Positions 17,629 through 27,299 of a stretch of DNA of 64,000 nucleotides are shown here, in pieces. The position numbers and the translations under genes were made by a program. Where the stretch lies: assembly GCA_963676835.2 (NCBI GenBank), contig CAXXFF010000001.1:832001-896000 (forward strand), in the 5' to 3' direction. The notes beneath the pieces are model-generated. The model did not search any database, was not told where the DNA came from, and saw nothing but the letters and a program-made list of their open reading frames with translations. Each line of letters starts with the position of its first letter. Positions within the stretch are counted from its first letter, which is position 1. This DNA is from Marispirochaeta sp. Its GTDB lineage: Bacteria > Spirochaetota > Spirochaetia > JC444 > Marispirochaetaceae.

Positions 17629-19269
17629 ATGAAAAGCCGTGAATTTATCCCTAAATCAATACAAGTCCTTAAAGAAGGATTAACCCGGAAAGATCTGCTC
17701 CGGGAACTCTCCTCAGGAATTATCGTTGGAATTGTCGCCCTGCCCCTGGCTGTAGCCTTTGCAATAGCGTCGGGAGTTTCCCCGGAGAAAGGTATTATCA
17801 CCGCAGTCATTGCGGGATTCATTATTTCCGCCTTCGGAGGCAGCCGGGTTCAGATCGGCGGCCCTACCGGAGCCTTTATTGTAATTGTTGCCGGCATCAT
17901 TAGCCGCTACGGAATTGACGGGCTTTTGACGGCAACCCTCATGGCGGGAGTTATGCTCATCCTGATGGGACTTTTCCGTCTGGGCACCCTTATCCGCTAT
18001 ATTCCCCAGACTCTTATTACCGGCTTCACCTCCGGTATCGCAGTCATTATATTCTCCACCCAGATCCGGGACTTTTTCGGTCTTACCATGTCTGAGGTCC
18101 CGGATAAATTCCTCGCTAAATGGCAGGCCTATTTTCTCCACTTCTCCAGTATTAATGTCTGGGCCCTTGCCATTGGACTACTGAGTATCGCCATAATATT
18201 AATTGTTCCACGCTGTACCCACAGAGTCCCCGGTGCGTTTGTCGCCATAGTTATTACAACCCTGCTTGCACAGACTGCCGGTCTGCCGGTTGAAACCATC
18301 AGCAGCCGCTTCGGGTCAATTTCCGGCTCGATTCCCGCACCCGTTCTGCCTGATCTTTCGCTGGGGAGCATACATGCCATGCTGCTGCCGGCCTTCTCCA
18401 TAGCCCTTCTGGGAGCCCTTGAATCCCTCCTCTCCGCACTGGTCGCCGATGGTGTAATCGGAGGCAGACACCGTTCCAATATAGAACTCATAGCCCAGGG
18501 GCTGGCTAACACCCTCTCCCCGCTTTTCGGTGGAATACCCGCAACGGGAGCAATCGCCCGGACCATGACCAATATAAAACTGGGGGGCCGCACTCCTTTT
18601 GCAGGAATATTTCATGCTCTAACTCTGGCGCTTATCTTTTTTGTCGCAATGCCGCTGGTCTCCATGGTCCCCCTTGCCGCCCTGGCGGGGATTCTTATAG
18701 TTGTTGCCTGGAATATGAGCGAGTACAAGAACTTTATCCTTTCTCTCAGAATCAACATATACGAGACAGCAGTACTGCTTACTACCTTTCTGCTCACCCT
18801 CTTTACTGATCTGACCATTGCAATTCCCATAGGCTTCGGTCTTGCCCTGCTTCTTTTCATGAAGCGTATGGCCGATGCGGTGGATATCAACCCTCTGGTG
18901 CGGACCAAAGAGTCGGAACTTCTTCTATCCGGAGAAATTCCAGAGGATATTCAGATCTTCGAGATAAACGGGCCTCTCTTTTTCGGTTCCGCCGGAGCCT
19001 TTGCTACGGTACACAGCTTTATTGCAGATCATCACCGGGTTATTATATTCAGGCTCCGCTACGTACCCATCATAGATACCTCCGGCCTCAAACGTTTTGA
19101 AGAGATTGTACACAGCCTGGAAAGATCCGGAACAAGGGTCCTCGTTTCCGGAGCAAACGAAAAAATAGCTGCAAAGCTGATAAAAACATTAATATGTTCC
19201 AGTGAGTCACTTTTTGAAAATTTTGATGACGCTTTAGCAAATGCAAAAAGTTATGTAATATCTGGGTAG
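17629..19269 (+). CDS. SulP family anion permease with STAS domain
   Basis: VALPLAVAFAIASG, GGSRVQIGGPTGA, ELIAQGLAN, PATGAIART, NGPLFFG, IDTSG. Confidence 0.95.
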   Translation: MKSREFIPKSIQVLKEGLTRKDLLRELSSGIIVGIVALPLAVAFAIASGVSPEKGIITAVIAGFIISAFGGSRVQIGGPTGAFIVIVAGIISRYGIDGLLTATLMAGVMLILMGLFRLGTLIRYIPQTLITGFTSGIAVIIFSTQIRDFFGLTMSEVPDKFLAKWQAYFLHFSSINVWALAIGLLSIAIILIVPRCTHRVPGAFVAIVITTLLAQTAGLPVETISSRFGSISGSIPAPVLPDLSLGSIHAMLLPAFSIALLGALESLLSALVADGVIGGRHRSNIELIAQGLANTLSPLFGGIPATGAIARTMTNIKLGGRTPFAGIFHALTLALIFFVAMPLVSMVPLAALAGILIVVAWNMSEYKNFILSLRINIYETAVLLTTFLLTLFTDLTIAIPIGFGLALLLFMKRMADAVDINPLVRTKESELLLSGEIPEDIQIFEINGPLFFGSAGAFATVHSFIADHHRVIIFRLRYVPIIDTSGLKRFEEIVHSLERSGTRVLVSGANEKIAAKLIKTLICSSESLFENFDDALANAKSYVISG

Positions 19270-19371
19270 AAACGCGCCCGAGAGGGTGTATTTATTAGAC
19301 CATTCCTGCTATACTGCTCCGGCGGTACAGGTACGTCCGAAACACAGATAGAAAATGAGGAGTAATTTCCG

Positions 19372-20823
19372 ATGTCAATCAAACTTGATCTCAGCAATCT
19401 CGATACTGTTTTTCCTGAAAACTTCACCGAAGAACAGAAGGCAAAAGCAAAAACACTTTTTCTGAAAACCCTCGCCAAAGAGGTTCACGGCTTCTACGGC
19501 GGTAAAATGCAGACCGTTCCCCGCTGCGGCCTTTACGGCTTCAACTGGTTCAACGTCTGGTACACTCCGGGTGTTTCCCAGGTCTCTGTATCCATCAGAG
19601 AAGACAACAATGCATCTTTTTCACTCTCCAGCAGGGGCAACACCGTAGCAGTTGTCTCAGACTCAACCCGTGTTCTCGGCGATGGAGACTGTACTCCTCC
19701 CGGCGGCCTGGGAGTAATGGAAGGAAAAGCCCTGCTGATGAAATATCTGGCGGGAGTAGACGGTACCGCCCTCTGCATAGATTCCAAAAATAAAGAGGGA
19801 AAAAACGATCCCGATAAGATCATCGATTTTGTAAAGATGGTTCAGCACTCCTTCGGTGCCATCAACCTGGAAGATATCAGCCAGCCCAACTGTTTTAAAG
19901 TACTGGATGAACTGCGGGAAAGCTGCGATATCCCCGTATGGCACGATGATGCCCAGGGAACCGCCTGTGTTACCCTGGCAGGGCTTCTCAACGGCCTTAA
20001 GCTTGCAGGCAAAAAGCTGAGCGATGCAAAGATTGTTCTCCTCGGTGCCGGCGCGTCCAACACCACCATTGCCCGGCTGATCCTTGCCGACGGCGGAAAC
20101 CCCGACAAGATGTATGTATTCGATTCCAAAGGCGGACTTCATGCCGACCGGGAAGATATAAAGAATGATCCCCGGCACTACCGCAAATGGGAGATCTGTT
20201 CAAAGACCAACCCCGAAAAGGTAAAAACAATTGAGGAAGCCATGAAGGGTGCAGACGTTCTGGTTGCCCTCTCCACCCCCGGCCCGGATACGGTAAAACG
20301 GGAGTGGATCCGCGCCATGGCAGACAAGTCTGTGGTATTTGCCTGTGCCAACCCTGTTCCGGAAATCTGGCCCTATGCGGCAAAAGAAGAAGGTGCATTC
20401 ATTGTTGCCACTGGACGGGGCGACTTCCCCAACCAGGTTAACAACTCCATCTGTTTCCCCGGAATCCTCAAAGGCGCCCTGCTTGTACGGGCAAAGAAGA
20501 TTACCGACGGTATGGCAATCCGGGCATCTCACTCCATTGCGGACTTCGCCGAAGCCCGGGGAATCGATGAGAACAACATTATTGCCAAGATGGATGAAAC
20601 CGATGTTTTTGCCCAGCAGGCTGCTGACGTTGCCATGCAGGCAATCAAAGAGGGCGTTGCCCGGGTTGAACTGACCTGGGATGAAGTTTATCAGCAGACA
20701 AAAGCGGACATTGCCGCTTCCAGGGGACTCTACGACACCATGGCTGCAAACGGCCATATCGCAGAGCCTCCCCAGGAAATGCTGGACAAGGCTCTTGCTT
20801 CAGCCATCGATGCGGTAAAATAA
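19372..20823 (+). CDS. NAD(P)-dependent malic enzyme
   Basis: YTPGV, VMEGKA, INLEDI, WHDDAQGTA, GAGAS, ANPVPEI, ATGRGDFPNQVNN. Confidence 0.95.
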   Translation: MSIKLDLSNLDTVFPENFTEEQKAKAKTLFLKTLAKEVHGFYGGKMQTVPRCGLYGFNWFNVWYTPGVSQVSVSIREDNNASFSLSSRGNTVAVVSDSTRVLGDGDCTPPGGLGVMEGKALLMKYLAGVDGTALCIDSKNKEGKNDPDKIIDFVKMVQHSFGAINLEDISQPNCFKVLDELRESCDIPVWHDDAQGTACVTLAGLLNGLKLAGKKLSDAKIVLLGAGASNTTIARLILADGGNPDKMYVFDSKGGLHADREDIKNDPRHYRKWEICSKTNPEKVKTIEEAMKGADVLVALSTPGPDTVKREWIRAMADKSVVFACANPVPEIWPYAAKEEGAFIVATGRGDFPNQVNNSICFPGILKGALLVRAKKITDGMAIRASHSIADFAEARGIDENNIIAKMDETDVFAQQAADVAMQAIKEGVARVELTWDEVYQQTKADIAASRGLYDTMAANGHIAEPPQEMLDKALASAIDAVK

Positions 20824-20845
20824 GAACTTAAGAATTAATAATCAG

Positions 20846-20876
20846 AAGACCGGGTGAAATATCCCGGTCTTTTTTT
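20846..20876 (+). terminator. Rho-independent terminator
   Basis: AAGACCGGG-loop-CCCGGTCTT followed by a T-run, between convergent genes. Confidence 0.85.
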
Positions 20877-20885
20877 ATCTAACCG

Positions 20886-21668
20886 TCACGGCTCTACCGA
20901 GAGGTACGAACGGACACCCCACCACATGTAGCCCGCAAGAAGCAGATAAAACACAAGTCCCTTGCCGGCAAAATAGACGGGAATCCACATAATAATGCCC
21001 TCAATAACCATGGAGGGAACCATTGCAAAAAGTGCCACCGTTAACAGATCAAAGTATTCACCTCTGCGTCCTGTGATTTTGCAGAAGAAAAATGCAAGCC
21101 CCAGGGCTGCCAGCATCTGGACTATACGGAAAAGAAAAATTCCTGCCGTGGTAACTATAAACACAAGGGGATACAGCAGAGGAAGCATCCGGTCGATCCA
21201 GTTCTTCATGGAAAGAGGATCAAGCATCATATAATCTGTATCAGACAGATCAAAACGCCGGATCGAACTCCCCGGACCGCTGTCGAACATGGCGAAATGG
21301 TCTTTCCCCATGTAGGCCCAGGCGCCGGACTCCTCCAGGCTGTTCACCGTACCGGTGGTATCAAGGACAAACACCAGACGGTCGCCCATGGAAAGCCGAA
21401 ACGGCTGTGCCGCACTGGACTCAACCTTTCCATTGATAACCTCCATAACAGGCAGCTGATAAACCAGGGGGTCAACATAGTTTTTCTTGATGGACATAAC
21501 CGAGCTGACCATACTGATATACCCCGGAAGTGCCAGGACAGACGTTAACAGAGCCAGGAGAAAAAAGACCCGGCGGGGACGGATTGCACCGATCCGATAG
21601 GGTTCTGCTGCGTAAAAACTCCTGATACCGGCGGTAAAAAAATCTTTGATTGTGAAATTATCTATCAT
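20886..21668 (-). CDS. DUF1189-like membrane protein
   Basis: One TM, periplasmic domain (LP..I.NG..QPF..F.LDTTG), then several TMs. Confidence 0.6.
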   Translation of the reverse strand: MIDNFTIKDFFTAGIRSFYAAEPYRIGAIRPRRVFFLLALLTSVLALPGYISMVSSVMSIKKNYVDPLVYQLPVMEVINGKVESSAAQPFRLSMGDRLVFVLDTTGTVNSLEESGAWAYMGKDHFAMFDSGPGSSIRRFDLSDTDYMMLDPLSMKNWIDRMLPLLYPLVFIVTTAGIFLFRIVQMLAALGLAFFFCKITGRRGEYFDLLTVALFAMVPSMVIEGIIMWIPVYFAGKGLVFYLLLAGYMWWGVRSYLSVEP

Positions 21669-21829
21669 TCGGATTCCAGTCTACTCTTTCTTGAAACAGA
21701 TCTTCAACTCCCGCAGAAGCAGCAAAGGCAGCATAACAAACAGGGGCCGCAAAAACTGCTGTTAAAGAGGAACAGGTGTGGTACTATCCAGAGATACAAA
21801 TTATTAACCTTAAAAACGGAGACAGTACA

Positions 21830-22924
21830 ATGCTGGCACTCATGAAAAGAATTTCTCTTGTTCTTATGCTTATCACTGTATTCGGGGGACTCATATCCGC
21901 CGAATCAGATGTGAACGACAAAGCTTACCGTGAAGAGTTTTCCATGCTGGTTCCCATCGGCTTTTACACCAGCGACACAGGAATCGCCGGCGGAGGCCTT
22001 TATCAGCGGCTTTTTCCCTGGGGCCTGGATGTGCAGGCAATCGGTTTCTATACCCAGAAAAACCAGGTGAACTGTTTCTACACCCTCGATTACACAGCAC
22101 CTTCCAGCTCATGGTGGCTGCGGAACGGAGGAGGCGTAACCTATTATCCTCAGTCATTCTACGGCGCAGGTCCGGAAACATCCCTGGATGACGAAGAAAA
22201 ATATACCTCCATCGGTTTCAACCAGAGCCTGAAGGCCTACTACCGCCTCCTTCCTGCATTCTATGCGGGACCCGCGGTAAAATACCGTCTCCGCAACATT
22301 GCCGATCCGGACAGCGGAGGCTTGATTGACCAGGATCTTGTAACCGGAAGCGAAGGATATCAGGTACTCCGCGCAGGTGCCGGGCTCGGAACCGGACGTG
22401 ACCCTTTGACTGTTGCTGAAGGAATGACTCTTGCCTACGAGGCGGAATTCTACTATCTCACCACAATTTCCGGTGACAGTGCCTCAGCAGCAGAAACAGT
22501 AAGTGATCTGCGCTGGTATTATGTTTTTCCCGGGGCGGTTCACAGCTGGGAATCGCATCAGCTGGCTGTTCAGCAGATCCTGACTGTCAGCTCCGGAGAG
22601 ATGCCTTTTGCTGAAATGCCCTCCATCGGCGGTGCAGATGAAATGCGCGGATACGCAGCCGACCGTTTCAGGGATAACTGTGCTGCCTTTATCCAGGCAG
22701 ACTACCGCTTCCCCATCTATAAACGCTTCCGTGGTGCAGTCTTCGGCGGCCTCGGAAATGTTGGTGAAGATATTACAGCTCTTGGAGAATCCGATCTGAA
22801 ACTTGCCTGGGGCGCCGGACTCCGCTACCAGGCAGGGCCAACCTCGGATACTTCATTCCGACTGGATTTTGCCTGGACCGGCGAAGGCAGCGGTCTCTAT
22901 TTCACCTTCGGCGAGGCTTTTTAA
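21830..22924 (+). CDS. Omp85/BamA-TamA-like beta-barrel lacking POTRA domains
   Basis: Signal peptide, MRGY..RFRD (L6 motif), G.GLRY, RLDFA, C-terminal FGEAF. Confidence 0.85.
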   Translation: MLALMKRISLVLMLITVFGGLISAESDVNDKAYREEFSMLVPIGFYTSDTGIAGGGLYQRLFPWGLDVQAIGFYTQKNQVNCFYTLDYTAPSSSWWLRNGGGVTYYPQSFYGAGPETSLDDEEKYTSIGFNQSLKAYYRLLPAFYAGPAVKYRLRNIADPDSGGLIDQDLVTGSEGYQVLRAGAGLGTGRDPLTVAEGMTLAYEAEFYYLTTISGDSASAAETVSDLRWYYVFPGAVHSWESHQLAVQQILTVSSGEMPFAEMPSIGGADEMRGYAADRFRDNCAAFIQADYRFPIYKRFRGAVFGGLGNVGEDITALGESDLKLAWGAGLRYQAGPTSDTSFRLDFAWTGEGSGLYFTFGEAF

Positions 22925-22994
22925 AGCGAAGTAGTAACGAAAGGACACCTCTAAAAAAAGCATCCCGGATATAAAAATAGATGATACACAGGGA

Positions 22995-23891
22995 CTAAGC
23001 AGGAATAAGAGGGCTGTTTACCAGCTCTCTGGTATCGATATCCTCGGTAACATCAAACACAGGGCCCTTACTGTCCCGGAAAGAGACAGCCTGGTTCTCC
23101 AGCAGCTTTTCAAGATCTTTTCCGGAAAAGCCATCGGAGGCAAGCAGGCTGCCAAGGGGATCAGACTCGGGCTGGATATTGAGCCAGACAACCCGCTCCC
23201 GCAGACCTTCAACAGGCCCCGCTGAGGCATGGATGCCGTTCTTCCCCATCGAAGGGCTTACATCAAGTCCAAGCTCCTGCCACTTTTCCAGCAGAGTCCT
23301 GCGGAGTGACCCCTCAACTGCCTGAGCCGGATCAGTGGCCCCGATGAGGTTATGCCTGAAATCAAACCAGGAGAGAACATCCGGATCAAACTGTACATCG
23401 AACCACATAACCTCCAGTCCCGGAGCGGTAAAAAGCTCCTTCATGGCCGGGTAAAAGCCGTTGAGAATATAGAGTTCCGGGTTCTCAATGCGGCTCACAT
23501 AGAGACCGGATGCAAGTTTAGTATTCTGCCCGCTCCTCCACAGGCTGTTCAAGCGTGACACTGAATCCCCTTTCAGATGCTCAAGGGCCTCATGGGCGTT
23601 CACCAGCCGTCCGCTACCGCGGACATCACTGAGGGACACCCCGTATTCTGACTCAAAAGCCGCCTCTTCCTGAGGGGTAAACTGAAAATCCCTGCCGGCA
23701 ATGTCCACTGCAGAATGGGAGATTGCAAAATAGTGTCGGTCTATTATTTTGCGACGGTTCATCTCATCAGAGCCGAGAGTCCCGCTTGCTATTATCTCAA
23801 TACCCTTCTCCTCCAGGGTATCCCGGATCAGTTTGACCGCTTCAGTCCGCAGAGCCTGGGGTTTTATAAATATCAGCGCCTGATTCAGCAT
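22995..23891 (-). CDS. Atypical nucleoside-diphosphate-kinase-like protein
   Basis: FIKP, HY, FR..LIGATDP..A..GSLR, NGIHAS (catalytic His) and E.; about twice the normal NDK length. Confidence 0.75.
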   Translation of the reverse strand: MLNQALIFIKPQALRTEAVKLIRDTLEEKGIEIIASGTLGSDEMNRRKIIDRHYFAISHSAVDIAGRDFQFTPQEEAAFESEYGVSLSDVRGSGRLVNAHEALEHLKGDSVSRLNSLWRSGQNTKLASGLYVSRIENPELYILNGFYPAMKELFTAPGLEVMWFDVQFDPDVLSWFDFRHNLIGATDPAQAVEGSLRRTLLEKWQELGLDVSPSMGKNGIHASAGPVEGLRERVVWLNIQPESDPLGSLLASDGFSGKDLEKLLENQAVSFRDSKGPVFDVTEDIDTRELVNSPLIPA

Positions 23892-24445
23892 ACAAGACCT
23901 CCCATAAAATACCGTTCAAAAGGTTCAAATCCTGCCCCCTCCGGCTGCTTCAGAAACAGGAGGTTCAGTTCGTTCAGTTTTCTCTTAATGGGTGTCATAA
24001 AGAGCAGCTCCTTCTCAGAGTAATCTCTTAAGACCTCCCCGGGAGTACGGTCCGGAAAGTTCATTTCACACCAGTCAACGGTTTTCTCAGACTCTTCGTC
24101 AGAAAGCCTCAGGCCATCGGCATTCCACTCTTCGGTAATCCACAGCTGGGGAAAACCGAAAGCCCTGCAGATGACCGGTCTTTCGTTATAAACCGAACAG
24201 GCATGATCTTTAAGAAAAGGACACTGCTTCAGTCCGGAAACATTCCCCGAAAACGAATAATGCAGCCCCAGGTCTTCGGCCATCACATAAATCTCCAACG
24301 GCAGCAGCGCAAGGTGAATACAGCATTTGGAACAGCCTTTCCGGCAGCTCATTCCGGAGGCATGGAGCGGAGCCAGCCTTTCAAGCTGATTCTCCAGTTC
24401 ATATCGCAGATTACGGTAAGAGCTGATAATTTCAGTCATATTCAT
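23885..24445 (-). CDS. YkgJ family cysteine-cluster protein
   Basis: CRKGCSKCC, CPFL, CSVYNERPVICRAFG. Confidence 0.88.
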   Translation of the reverse strand: MNMTEIISSYRNLRYELENQLERLAPLHASGMSCRKGCSKCCIHLALLPLEIYVMAEDLGLHYSFSGNVSGLKQCPFLKDHACSVYNERPVICRAFGFPQLWITEEWNADGLRLSDEESEKTVDWCEMNFPDRTPGEVLRDYSEKELLFMTPIKRKLNELNLLFLKQPEGAGFEPFERYFMGGLVC

Positions 24446-24548
24446 CTTTTTTAGTCTACTTATCCAGGCTTAAGCTGGCAAGGGCAGCAAAATTATACGA
24501 AGCTTATGGCAGGACTTGACAGGAGAAGGCCTAATCGATATATTTTTA

Positions 24549-24566
24549 TCGTTATTAATTTATCGA
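24549..24566. promoter_or_regulatory. Candidate Rex operator
   Basis: 18-bp imperfect palindrome TCGTTA-TTAATT-TATCGA, similar to TTGTTA-N6-TAACAA, about 50 bp upstream of rex. Confidence 0.45.
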
Positions 24567-24615
24567 TTTGTTTATGTGCTATACTTACGATAATATAAGC
24601 ACGGAGGTATACCAC

Positions 24616-25287
24616 ATGGATACATCGATTCAGTCCGTTCCATACCCGACAATTAAGCGCTACCCCGCTTATCTGCAGGTATTGAAAGAACTGAGAGCAG
24701 CAGGAATGAGCACCGTGTCCGCACGGGATATTGCCGAAAGGCTTGGGCTTAATCAGGTACAGGTTCGCAAGGACCTGGGTTACAGCGCCATAATCGGCCG
24801 GCCCAAGGTTGGCTACGACATTGAAGAGCTGACCGATGCACTGCACCTTCTGCTTGGCTGGCAGGATCCGAAAGAGGCCTTTCTGGTCGGCGCAGGGGCC
24901 CTTGGATCCGCATTGCTGGGATACCGGGGGTTTCAGGAATACGGTCTGGATATTGTTGCCGCTTTCGACAGTGAAGAGTCGAAGTTCGGTACAAAAATCC
25001 ATGGAAAGCAGGTCTTTCCTCTCTCCCGTCTTCCGGAACTGACCGAACGGATGCGGGTGATGATTGCTGTTCTGACAGTCCCTGAGCATGCTGCCCAGGA
25101 CTGCGCAGATCTACTGGTTAAATCCGGTATTCGGGGAATCTGGAACTTTTCCCCCTGTAAAATACAAGTTCCGGATAATGTTGTTCTTCAGCGGGAAGAA
25201 TTGTCCGCAGGGCTGGCCGTGCTGTCCGTCAAGCTCTCGGAGATGCTGAAGCACGAAAAGCAGGGACCGACGGGGAAACGCTCATAA
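24616..25287 (+). CDS. rex: Redox-sensing transcriptional repressor Rex
   Basis: PTIKRYP.Y, QVRKDL, G....GY, VGAGALG.ALL.Y, IWNF.P; GGAGG RBS. Confidence 0.95.
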   Translation: MDTSIQSVPYPTIKRYPAYLQVLKELRAAGMSTVSARDIAERLGLNQVQVRKDLGYSAIIGRPKVGYDIEELTDALHLLLGWQDPKEAFLVGAGALGSALLGYRGFQEYGLDIVAAFDSEESKFGTKIHGKQVFPLSRLPELTERMRVMIAVLTVPEHAAQDCADLLVKSGIRGIWNFSPCKIQVPDNVVLQREELSAGLAVLSVKLSEMLKHEKQGPTGKRS

Positions 25288-25338
25288 GGGCTGCCCCGCC
25301 GGTGCTGCACGGCAGATGCCGGCGGGAGGAGTCAGTAC

Positions 25339-25602
25339 ATGAAACCTGTTATTGAAATCTGCATGGGAAGCTCCTGCTTCTCCCGGGGCAATGCCCAGTC
25401 GCTGGACAGGGTTGAAAGCTTCCTGCGAAAACAGGGCATTACAGAAAAAGTTGAGTTAAAGGGCCGGCTCTGCACCGGCAACTGTGCGGAAGGCCCCTGC
25501 CTGACAATCAATGAGAATTTGTATACAGAGGTTCACCCCAACGCGGTGGAAGACCTCCTCCGGCATCACGTAGCTGCGTGGAAAGAGGAGGGGCTGCTAT
25601 GA
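25339..25602 (+). CDS. NuoE-like thioredoxin-fold [2Fe-2S] protein (HfsA-like)
   Basis: ICMGSSCFSRG..LCTGNCAEGP. Confidence 0.88.
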   Translation: MKPVIEICMGSSCFSRGNAQSLDRVESFLRKQGITEKVELKGRLCTGNCAEGPCLTINENLYTEVHPNAVEDLLRHHVAAWKEEGLL

Positions 25603-27299
25603 CTCCTGTTATCTTTACCGAGAAAACCCAGTGCCGCGACTGTTATAAATGCGTCCGCCACTGTCCGGTAAAAGCTATCCGGGTGGTTGAATCAAGTGCC
25701 ACAGTAGATCAGGATCTCTGTATCTTCTGCGGGCGCTGTGTTGATGTCTGCCCGGCGGGAGCAAAGAAAGTCCGTGATGATATTCCCCGGGCAAAACAGC
25801 TCCTTCAGATAAAAGAGCAGGTTTATGTCTCCCTGGCTCCGTCATACCCGGCGGTATTTCCCGATGAAGGAAAATCCTTTCTCGCAGGACTCAGTACAAA
25901 AGGAATAGCAGGAATCTCCGAAACAGCCCTGGGTGCGGAAGCAGTAACAAGGGAGCAGCGGAAGATTCTTGATGAAGGGTCCGGACTGCAGATATCTTCA
26001 GCCTGCCCGACGGTACGGCTCATGGCAAAACGCTATTTCCCCGAAGCGGAAAAAGCTGTCAGCACTGTCCCATCACCCATGGTTGCCCATGCAAGAATGC
26101 TTCGCCGCTGGTTCGGCAAAGAGATAGGAATAATCTTTATAGGCCCCTGTATCTCCAAGAAAACCGAAGCGGACACCTATCCGGAGCTGATCGATGTGGC
26201 CCTCACCTTCAGTGAAGCCGCAGACTGGCTGGGCGAAGAGATACTGTCCGGGGAGAGCACAGCATGTGAATTTGTACCTTTCCAGGCGGGGAAGGCCTCC
26301 CTTTTTCCGGTAGACGGAGGGATGATCCGGGCAATGGAAAAAAAACCCGAAGACCGCTACCGCAGTTTTCACCAGTCCGGTCCGGCACAGGTACTGGACA
26401 CTCTGAAACGTGCGGGAGAGATGAAGGAGAGCAACTTTTTTCTGGAACTTCTCTCCTGTGAAGGAGGCTGCATAAACGGTCCCGGAATCAGACGGAATCT
26501 CCCCTCTATCCAGAGACAGGCCATAGTGCTGAACACCTGGGAACAGCGCGAAGCATGCAGCGCACTTGAATATACCGCGGAGGATGTGGGAGACAAACCC
26601 TGGCAGGAAATTCTTCCCGCCCCGGCACCGCCTTCAGAGATGACCATAGAAGAGACGCTGAAACTTCTTGGAAAAAGAACACTGGAAGATTTCAAGGACT
26701 GCGGGGGCTGCGGCTACCCCACCTGCAGAGAGTTTGCCATCGGCTATATTCAGGGGAAGGCGGAAAAAGAGATGTGCGTTACAGAAATGCGCAAAATAGC
26801 CCAGAACAAGATTTCAGCCCTTCTCCATACCATACCCATGGGTGTTGTTATTGTAGATCACGATATGCGCATTGTTGAATGCAACCGCCATTTTCTGTCT
26901 CTTTTTGCTGATATTCCCTTCGATGCCGACCAGGGCACCCTGAAGCGGGCAGAGGGCACACGGATTGCCGCATTCCTGGAAGAGTATGACCTGTTCGGGA
27001 AACTCCTTACCCGTAAGGAGAGCCAGGAGCGGATAATTCAGAAAGAGGGAAAAGTAATGCGGGGCAACTTCTTCCAGATCCAGGAAGGCCGCTTTGTCGG
27101 AGCCGTATTCCAGGATATTACAGCCCCCTCGGTAAAACGGGAAATGGTGGTAAAAAAGGCAGAAGAGGTAATCCGCAAAAACCTGGAGAGTGTACAGCAG
27201 ATTGCAGGCCTGCTTGGAGAAAACGCCGCCGAGACCGAAATAATCCTCAACTCGCTTATCAATGCCTTTGAACCCGGAGAACTTCGTCGGAATGAATGA
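25599..27299 (+). CDS. Sensory (group C) [FeFe]-hydrogenase with PAS domain (HfsB/HydS-like)
   Basis: Two [4Fe-4S] motifs; H-cluster motifs SSACP, GPCISKKTE, ELLSCEGGCINGPG; CGGCGYPTC Fe-S motif; C-terminal PAS. Confidence 0.92.
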   Translation: MTPVIFTEKTQCRDCYKCVRHCPVKAIRVVESSATVDQDLCIFCGRCVDVCPAGAKKVRDDIPRAKQLLQIKEQVYVSLAPSYPAVFPDEGKSFLAGLSTKGIAGISETALGAEAVTREQRKILDEGSGLQISSACPTVRLMAKRYFPEAEKAVSTVPSPMVAHARMLRRWFGKEIGIIFIGPCISKKTEADTYPELIDVALTFSEAADWLGEEILSGESTACEFVPFQAGKASLFPVDGGMIRAMEKKPEDRYRSFHQSGPAQVLDTLKRAGEMKESNFFLELLSCEGGCINGPGIRRNLPSIQRQAIVLNTWEQREACSALEYTAEDVGDKPWQEILPAPAPPSEMTIEETLKLLGKRTLEDFKDCGGCGYPTCREFAIGYIQGKAEKEMCVTEMRKIAQNKISALLHTIPMGVVIVDHDMRIVECNRHFLSLFADIPFDADQGTLKRAEGTRIAAFLEEYDLFGKLLTRKESQERIIQKEGKVMRGNFFQIQEGRFVGAVFQDITAPSVKREMVVKKAEEVIRKNLESVQQIAGLLGENAAETEIILNSLINAFEPGELRRNE

